From contig NC_043002.1 of NCBI RefSeq assembly GCF_006345805.1, positions 61,876,001 to 61,940,000 of the forward strand: a DNA stretch of 64,000 bases, written 5' to 3'. Position 1 is the first letter of the stretch, and each line of letters opens with the position of its first letter. This document shows positions 55,653-64,000 of the stretch, piece by piece. The notes beneath the pieces are model-generated. The model ran no database searches. It worked only from the letters and a program-made list of their open reading frames with translations, and was not told the origin of the DNA. Position numbers and translations under genes: made by a program. The stretch comes from Octopus sinensis. Taxonomy: Eukaryota.

Positions 55653-56962
55653 CTCACATGATATAACGAACTAAAAATGGGATGGTAGGATGAGAGAAAT
55701 AGCGAGAAAAGACGAGAAAGAAGTAGACTTTAAAAGTGGAAGGTTGAAAAACTGGAAAACAAAATAGAAAGCAGGAAGAAGCAAAAAGAGAGAATTAGAT
55801 TTATTTCCCCTGAGACCATAAACTCTGAAAAGATAATGGCTTAGAGTTGTGAGATCCGGAGTGGGTGGTACTTTTCAATTTGTTAACAGCAACTTAGCCA
55901 TACGGTAACAACCGCTGAAATGTTTCGGGTCTAGAATTCAGTAGTGTGTCAGATTTTTTAGATCTGAAAGGGTCAGAGTCCTTTCTGCTACGCATAGCTC
56001 ACATATGCTTTTTTGTCTTTTTTCATTAACATATGTGGATATCTTAATATATCATGTGGACTTTTCAACTATTTTCCACTCTATCGTATTGGTATGGCGT
56101 TCTACTTCAAACCCCATACGTGGCTAGCCATCGCAGTATCTTTATTTTTGTTAATGTGTCGGAAGGAAGATATGTGATTAGCATAGCAATTTTTGAATTC
56201 GCTTTCAAATAGTCCGATATAGCTCTTCTTATCGGTTGTGTCTTCAACAAGCATTGCTGTAACATTTGCCGGACTTAATCACACATAACTATTCAAGTGA
56301 ACAGATTCCTGGATCTTGACAGTTACAACTGTGAGTGGGCCCATGCTGTTGTTCCCTCGTAATGACGCTTTACATATTGGGTCAGCAGCTATATGATAAT
56401 TTCACTGAATGACTGTTACATATTTTCCTCTACCCGTGATTCTCTGAAAATGTTTGTCTAGGAGAGACAGCAATCTTTTAAACATATTAGTTTTTTATTT
56501 AAAGGAAAAAGGGTGGGGAGCAAACCAAATAATTTTCCTAAATCTATTTTTACATCTATTATTATTATTCCGGTTACTATTTGAAAGGTTATATATTAAC
56601 CTAACCTTAATGCCACTATTGTTTAAAGCATTATTGTAGTAGGGATCTAATTTCTGGCAAATATATTTAAAGAGAAGTTTGGTACCCTGTTCCTAATGTT
56701 AGCTATCAGGTTTTTAAACACTACAACAGGGTGACAAGTGTGTTTATGTATATAGAAAAGTTTCTCGTTGAGCTTATGGTAAGGTTTATAAGGGAGGAGT
56801 TCAGGTCGAGAGAAAGATCGAATTCCCGCTTTCTCTTCTCTCTATTTCGCGTTTGTTTCCTGTTTTTCAGCCTTCTACCTTTTATATCTACTTCTTTCTC
56901 TCCTTTTCTCGCTTTTTCTCTCATCCTATTGTCCCACTTTTACTTCATTATACCATGTTGAC

Positions 56963-57012
56963 AGTGTCTGATGAGTGTGCAGTGCTCAGCACATAAAACT
57001 AATGGTAGCACA
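56963..57012 (+). ncRNA. Hammerhead motif in the inverted pLTR, G12-to-A mutated
   Basis: gtgt CTGATGA gtgtgc agtgctca gcacat AAAA c taatg GTA gcac. Confidence 0.6.
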
Positions 57013-57093
57013 TAAGAACATATAGTAAATAATATTTATCTTTCACCAGCTATACATATACATACATACATCCATACACACACACACACACAC

Positions 57094-57152
<59 letters not shown>

Positions 57153-57227
57153 GCATATATGTATATATATATATATATATTTGTGTAAATATATGAAAGA
57201 ATGGAGTTGAACGACGAATTAACAAAA

Positions 57228-57326
57228 TTCCTTTATTTTCGACATATGTTTCGAAGGCTACATATTCCTAATTGTGAAGGAATAAGGAGTATATTATGCC
57301 GCTTTCTCATCAGGAAAAGCAAGGAA
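57228..57326 (-). ncRNA. Mirror-image type I hammerhead ribozyme in the left arm
   Basis: Reverse complement of 57464-57562 with one substitution in stem II. Confidence 0.88.
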
Positions 57327-57463
57327 CTTATGTCAACAACAAGATGCACAAAAAACTTTTAGATGAATGCTCACACGGAGCCCCTAGTGATAAACATTAT
57401 CACTATGGGCTCCGTGTGAGCAGTCATCTAAAAGTTTTTTGTGCATCTTGTTGTTGACGTAAG

Positions 57464-57562
57464 TTCCTTGCTTTTCCTGATGAGAAAGCGGCATAATATA
57501 CTCCTTATTCCTTCACAATTAGGAATATGCAGCCTTCGAAACATATGTCGAAAATAAAGGAA
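57464..57562 (+). ncRNA. Type I hammerhead ribozyme, intact core
   Basis: ttccttgcttttc CTGATGA gaaagcggcata...tatgcagccttc GAAA C atat G TC gaaaataaaggaa. Stem I pairs 11 of 13 positions, stem II is long, stem III is the palindrome ACATATGT. Predicted cleavage after C57549. Confidence 0.88.
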
Positions 57563-57791
57563 TCTTGTTAATTCGTCGTTCAACTCCATTCTTTCATATA
57601 TTTATATGTAAAAAAAAACATATAAATTTCCACACGAAAGCACGTAACTTCAAACGTGTCTTCTCTGATGTGAATTTGCTACCCAGGTATCGGTTAACCG
57701 AATTATCCATAACAAGATAATTCATTCAACTACTCAAATATATATATGTGTGTGTGTGTGTGTATGTATGTACGTATATATATATATATAT

Positions 57792-57844
<53 letters not shown>

Positions 57845-58361
57845 AGGATAGATAGAGAGATATACAGATAGACAGACAGATAGATACATACACACACACA
57901 AAAACACACACATATACTACTTGACTCTTTCAGTTTCCGTCTACCAAATCCACTCACAATGTAATATATTTTATGGAACGTCAGTTAATCTGTTGCCAAT
58001 TTGTTCGCAATCACATAGTGCCATATCTGACATTACTAGATCCATTCTGTTGAAAGTATATGATCCTAGTCTCTCGTGTTGCGATACCTTCCACACTCAC
58101 TTCCACCAGTCTCAGAGGCCCAGTAAATTGACATGACATTGGCATCACCTCTCTTCGTGGTGAAAAGAGGAAAAAGAATTATTCGCAGCAGCAGTAATCA
58201 AATTAAAGAATGAAAAATTCTTGTAACGTGAGGAATGAATTTGATAAGTAGTAAAGTTGCAAAAATGATTAAGTATAAAAAATATTGATTGGCTCAGTAT
58301 TACATACAGCAATGAAGGAAAAGTTTCATTTTTATATCTATATATGACTGGTATAAGTCGG

Positions 58362-58530
58362 CAAGCTGACTGAATCGTAAGTATGTGGTGTACAATACTT
58401 AGTAGATTTTCGTGTGACTTTACGTTCTGAGTTCAAATTCCGCCGAGGTCGACTTTCATTTTCGTCCTTTCAGAGTCAATAAAATAATACGAGTTGAACA
58501 CTGGCCTTGTTCCAAAATTTGAAACCAATA
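58362..58530 (+). mobile_element. SINE family B
   Basis: caagctgactgaatcg...tttacgttctgagttcaaattccgccgaggtcgact. Confidence 0.75.
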
Positions 58531-58639
58531 TATGAATGGCATACTATGATATTATGAGGAAGTTAGATCTCTGGAAATTGCAGTGATATGTCTTAAGTGA
58601 AACTAAACTGGATGGACATATTACTATTTACATGATTTA

Positions 58640-58769
58640 CATTTGGATATTTGTTTTCATCTCGTGTGTTGTTAAAACAGCGTTTCGGCTGATATACCCT
58701 CCAGCCTTTATCAGATGTCTTGGGGAAATTTCGAACAGGGGTTCTCAATACTAAGGTATTTTTCGATGT

Positions 58770-58770
<1 letters not shown>
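58640..58770 (-). mobile_element. HHR-bearing pLTR-like repeat with mutated core (CTGATAA)
   Basis: Minus strand: gacat CTGATAA a ggctg gagggtatat cagcc GAAA CGCT gtttt; homologous to 61085-61200. Confidence 0.7.
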
Positions 58771-58822
<52 letters not shown>

Positions 58823-58826
58823 TAAT

Positions 58827-59955
58827 AGAGCAGAAGAGCAGAAAGTATGCCGCAAAGGCTCATATGGCTGTAAAGATCAACTAATGATTAATAAAGCCAT
58901 AACTGAAGATAGCCACAGAAAGAAGAAAGGCTTCAGTATGGCCTGGATCGATTACAAAAGGGCGTTTGATTGCATCCCCCACACATGGATCTTTGAAACA
59001 CTAGCCATTAACAAAGTAGCACCAACCCTTATAAAATTCATAGGGCACTCTATGAATAAATGGCAAACCGTGCTATAGCTCCAAACAAAAGAGGGACACA
59101 TGAAAACCAAAGCCATCCCCATTAGAAGAGGAATATTCCAGGGAGACACGCTCTCTCCACTCCTTTTCTGCTTGGCACTGTCACCTCTATCTGATATGCT
59201 AAATAGAACTGGATGCGGATATAAATGTTACGGCAAAACGATCAGCCACCTTTTATATATGGATGACCTAAAACTATACGCTGCAAATGATTAACAGCTG
59301 GAAACACTATTAAAGACAGTTCATGGATTTACCAAAGAAATAGAAATGAAACTTGGATTAGAAAAATGCGCCAAAGTAACCATGAAAAGAGGATAACTAG
59401 TTAAGAGTAGTAACATCACGCTAGATAAAACCAATGAAATAAAAGAATTAGACCAAAGCCAAACTTACAAATACTTAGGAATCCATGAACTAGATAAGAC
59501 ACAACACACACAAATGACATAGAAAATAAAAAAAAGAATATTATAGACGAGTTAGATCAATATTAAAAACAGAGCTCAATGCTAAAAACAAGATAATAGG
59601 TATTAACACTTTAGCTGTCCCAGTTATAAGTTACAGCTACAATATCCTTAACTGGAAACTAAATGAACTGACCAAAATAGATAGGAAAACAAGAGAAATA
59701 ATGACAGGATCTAGGATGCATCACCCAAAATCTGACATAGAAAGACTATACATACAACGTATAGTAGGTGGTAGAGGCCTTATACAGCTGGAAAACTACT
59801 ATAAAATAACCACCATAGGACTGCAACAATATCTACTTCAGAAGGAAGGAAAACTGATACAAATAGCGGCAAAACACGAGCAAAACAAAAAACAGTTCTC
59901 AGTATTTAAGGAAGGTGACAAATACAAAGAAGAAATCATACCACCTAATAAATAT

Positions 59956-59990
<35 letters not shown>

Positions 59991-61025
59991 AGAAGAAGAA
60001 GAAGAAGAAGAAGAAGAAGAAGAAGAAGAAGAAGAAGAAGAAGAAGAAGAAGAAGAAGAAGAGAAGAAGAAGAAGAAGAAGAAGAAGAAGAAACAACAAA
60101 AGCTATAAAACAAATGAAATCCAAACTAAAAACAGAACAGCAACGAACCACGATAAAACGATGGCAAGAAAAGCCCCTTCATGGTAAATACTGCACTAAA
60201 CTAAACGCAAAAGAAATAGACAAAGAAAAATCCCAGCAATGGTTGAGAAGCTCAGGACTCAAAGCAGAGACAGAGGGATTTTTAATTGCAGCACAAGACC
60301 AAAGCCTCCGTACCAGAAATTACCAAAACCATGTAATGAAAAGAAATATAACAAGTAACTGCAGAATATGTGGAGATGGACAAGAAACAATAAATCATAT
60401 TATCTCTGGCTGCCCAGTCCTGGCTAAGAAGGAATATATTCACAGACATGACAGAGTTGGAACCTACATACACTGGAAGCTATGCCAACATTATGGAATA
60501 ACAACAGAAAAAAGATGGTATAGGCACACACCAGAAAAGGTCACAGAAAACGAGAAAGCAACCATACTCTGGGATATGCCGAAACACACAGATAGAGAAA
60601 TTAAGGCCAACAGACTAGATATAGTTGTCAGAGATCATGAAGAAAAAAAATGCTTTCTAATTGATGTATCAATACCGGCAGATGACAACTGTCTCTAAAA
60701 GAAATGGAGAAACTTTCAAATTACAAAGACCTGGAAATAGAGGTAACCAGAATGTGGAATCTAAAAACAGAAAAATTCCTATCATAGTATGTGCATTAGG
60801 CATGATAAAAAATATTCAGACAAATACATAACAAAAACACCAGGACTTACAAACACATATAACATACAGAAAATTACACTACTAGGCACTGCACACATCC
60901 TACGCAGAACACTTTCCATACAATAACCATCAGAGCATCACAACAAATCACAGCACATACCTAAGGCACACAGAGCTGCGCTCGGTAGTGAAGTGAAAGC
61001 ACGCTATAAAAATAAAACTACTGAA
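58827..61025 (+). mobile_element. 5'-truncated R4/Dong-type LINE with internal (GAA)n expansion
   Basis: Same family as 17543-19690 (FQGDTLSPLLF, YMDDLKLYA, CRICG, RHD, endonuclease, 3' UTR ...actactgaat); flanked by (AAT)n; contains stops and frameshifts. Confidence 0.92.
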
Positions 61026-61027
61026 TG

Positions 61028-61081
<54 letters not shown>

Positions 61082-61084
61082 TCA

Positions 61085-61280
61085 ATATCATCGTAAAATA
61101 CTTTAGGAATGAAAACCCAAGCTCCAAATTTCTTCGAGACACCTGATGAAGTTTCTAGGATATATCAGCAGAAACGTTGTATAGACAACAAACAAGATAA
61201 CGACAAATTTCCGTCAAATGTAAGTAATGTAAATATTGTGAATAATGTACATAATTCCCTATCTCTTAAATATAGAACTG
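61085..61280 (+). mobile_element. HHR-bearing pLTR-like repeat (core at 61143-61178)
   Basis: gacac CTGATGA agtttctaggatatatcagca GAAA CGTT gtat; stem II is decayed. Confidence 0.7.
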
Positions 61281-61499
61281 TATATTACTATATATTTTGC
61301 CGGACCCATTTTATGCAAAAGTGTATGATATAATCACCTCCAGAAATGATTACACTTTTTTGAGCCTATGAGACAACCATAAATGCTGCTAATATCGAAA
61401 ATATCATAACGTTAGACTAGGGTAAACAATCCGCGAACAATCCAACAAGAGAATCGAACTCTATATATTTTCTCCTCATAGACGTCACCAAGAATTCAT

Positions 61500-61860
61500 T
61501 ATTTTTCTTTCCAATTTTGGCACACAGTAAGCTCTTGAGAGGGGGACGGTAAATCGATTAAATAAACCCCTATTCTCAATTGTTTCTTAATTTATCGACT
61601 CCCAAAGCGATGAAAGGAAAGTTGGTATTTTCGAAATTTTAACCCAGAACCTAAAGAAATACAAAAAGTCGCTAAGCATATCTGGGCGTGCTACAGACTC
61701 GGTAAGCTCGCCGTCGTGTAGGATTTCTAACAATGATTCTGAATTTTGGCATACCACTAGAAATATTGGGGGAGCGACTAAGTCATTACATCGCTACCTT
61801 GAAATACTGGTACTTAATTAATCGACCGCGATAGGATGAAAGACAAAGCCAACCTGGGTG
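61500..61860 (-). mobile_element. Two decayed SINE family B copies
   Basis: taaatcgatt...tttatcgac...cgctaagcat and tactggtacttaattaatcgac...aaagccaacc. Confidence 0.65.
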
Positions 61861-61863
61861 GAA

Positions 61864-61945
<82 letters not shown>

Positions 61946-62481
61946 GCACCCGGGGATGGTTAGATGGATCCGGCAAGCGCGCAGCCTCTGGTGGATAATG
62001 GGACCTACCACTCAAAAAAACACCGGGCGTTATGATCTGTGCATCGATATATATATATAAATTAATGATATAAAATTATATAAAATCTCAGAACATTTAT
62101 AAAGAAGTCTTTCAGTTGTTTCCGGGAGATTTTATATATCCCGTCATTGGAGACGGTGCGAGAAAATGGTTAAGCAATAGTTATTCTAGAGAGGATATGA
62201 AATAGAGAGTGAAGTGGAGGAATGAAAACAGACGTGAGATATGCAGGGATATAATAATAATACAGCTGTAAGACCTTCTCTTTATAAATGTTCTGAAATC
62301 TTTCACAACCTTGGGTTTTTGCTCATTCTGTTAATTTTATAGGCATGCTGATGTATGACCTATGTTGGACTCCTCATTCACATAATCACCGAACCAGTAG
62401 CTTAACTATAGTCTATTCACAGCACTTACTTTGCATTGCTTGACACCTCTCGGTCTTCTTGACATCATTACCTCTCATAAC

Positions 62482-62608
<127 letters not shown>

Positions 62609-62713
62609 TAGATATAGATATATAGTGTACTATTCCGTGATGGTAAATTCAACAACAAAGTACCCAATTTATTGAGGAGTTGATATTATTTTTAAAACGC
62701 AATATATATATTT

Positions 62714-62830
62714 ATGCGCTTCTATTAGTTTCATGTGCTGAGAGCATGCGAAACAGTGTTTCTATCACGTCTGGTGTCCTGGCACAATCATCAGACACTG
62801 CCCACATGCTATAACGACCTCGTGTGGCTT
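62714..62830 (-). ncRNA. Third copy of the 55.6/57.0 kb pLTR-HHR family, cleavage triplet mutated
   Basis: gtcgttatagcatgtgggcagtgt CTGATGA ttgtgc...gcacat GAAA C taata GAA gcgc; U16.1 is replaced by A. Confidence 0.65.
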
Positions 62831-64000
62831 CCTATCGCACATAAGTAATGTATTCTGTTTTATTAAATAAGATATGCATGCATAGAGACACAAACACACA
62901 GACACAGACACACGCACGCACATATAATATTTATATGTCTGTAATTTTACGTACATATACATATATATATGTATGTATATAATTTTACATGATTTACATA
63001 TATGTACATGTGTGTGTCTGCACGCGCACATATGTGTGTGTCTGTGTTTCTGTCTGTTCAACGAGAGAGAGAAAGAGGGAGAAAACGGGAAAAAGCATAT
63101 CTTGTGTGTCTATTTATATATACAACTACCACTCGTGAGTTTCATAATTTCATGTGTATGTGTATGTGTGCATGTAGTTGTGTTTGTGTGCGTGTGTTTG
63201 TTGTTAGTTTGTTTTTCTGAATCTGTGTGTCAGTATGTGTGACAAAGCACCAATTCTCACATAATAGCCTTATATAGAAATTATTCATAGAGGAAGACGG
63301 TTCTTGTGTAACGATAGTAAAACCCGAATACGTAATATTTTGCTCTTATAAGGTCTAATGCGCAGCTATATAATTTTATTCCTATTTCTAAACATCTTTT
63401 ACGCTCCCCAGTTGGCGTATTACCACATAGATAAGGATCAATCTCAGAAATTATTTTTTTATATCTATTTGTTTTTTCCTCTATTATATTAAATATAAGA
63501 AAAAAATCTTCAGGTTATTGTTCAACTCCGTGTCAGATGGAAAAACAAATTGTTCAGTCTACTTGCACCCTCTCAGGGGGCACGGTAGTGAATAATGCAT
63601 GTAATCTTACAGAAACACCTATATGACCATACAAACACATAGATTATAATATGTAATACAATATATTAATGTGTGTGAGAAAATCTTTGTATATATGCAT
63701 AGATATATATACGTGTGTATGTGTATGTTTATATACATATTGTTTTATATTATACGCAAACAAATAAATATGTTGTCAATACATGTGAGATAGAAAGAAA
63801 TAGATACACAGAGAGAGTAAGTGTCGATATATGTTTATTAATGGGTGATGTAAGAGCCGTCTGAACTCCAGAGTATATTTTTAACTTCATATCTGATTAA
63901 ATGAAATTGACCATAATATACAATTAAACGCATTCTTTATTTACATATAAAGCTATCTTCCACATGTTCGTGTGCACATATGTATACACACACAGATATA

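Larger units (their letters stand above)
55545..57030 (-). mobile_element. 5'-truncated Penelope-like element with sense 3' pLTR (55545-55810) and inverted 5' pLTR (56810-57030)
   Basis: Minus-strand remnant 55875-56700 reads NALNNSGI...RKIIWF...KTN...LLDKHF, VKLSYSC.PNM, CNCQD, SYIGLFESEFK..Y.NH.SSF (GIY-YIG), SHVWGLK, IEWKI, CELCVAE. The flanks are inverted homologues, each with a CTGATGA hammerhead. Confidence 0.88.
57186..57604. repeat. Long palindrome: 208-bp arms (57186-57393 and 57397-57604) with 3-nt spacer aca
   Basis: The arms are reverse complements with 5 substitutions counted by eye. Confidence 0.97.

Overview
AT-rich, microsatellite-dense eukaryotic DNA, most likely intergenic or intronic. 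The SINE families and repeat density suggest a cephalopod such as Octopus; this is an inference, not a database result. I recognise no host protein-coding exon, and most ORFs in the track are artefacts of simple repeats. Real content: (1) a near full-length but disrupted CR1-group APE/RT LINE (30.0-34.4 kb, minus strand) whose ORF1 seems to combine a Myb/SANT-like domain, a polyQ tract and two CCCH-type fingers; (2) several 5'-truncated R4/Dong-type RLE LINEs sitting in (AAT)n microsatellites; (3) decayed Penelope-like elements (PLEs); (4) many tRNA-headed SINEs of about four families; (5) an unusual density of type I hammerhead ribozyme (HHR) motifs. The standout structures are two long palindromes, with 287-bp arms at 11212-11793 and 208-bp arms at 57186-57604. 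Each carries an intact-core HHR on both strands. Further head-to-head HHR pairs flank a PLE remnant (55.5-57.0 kb) and an R4/Dong LINE (58.6-61.3 kb). All alignments and folds were done by eye, so boundaries of decayed repeats are approximate.
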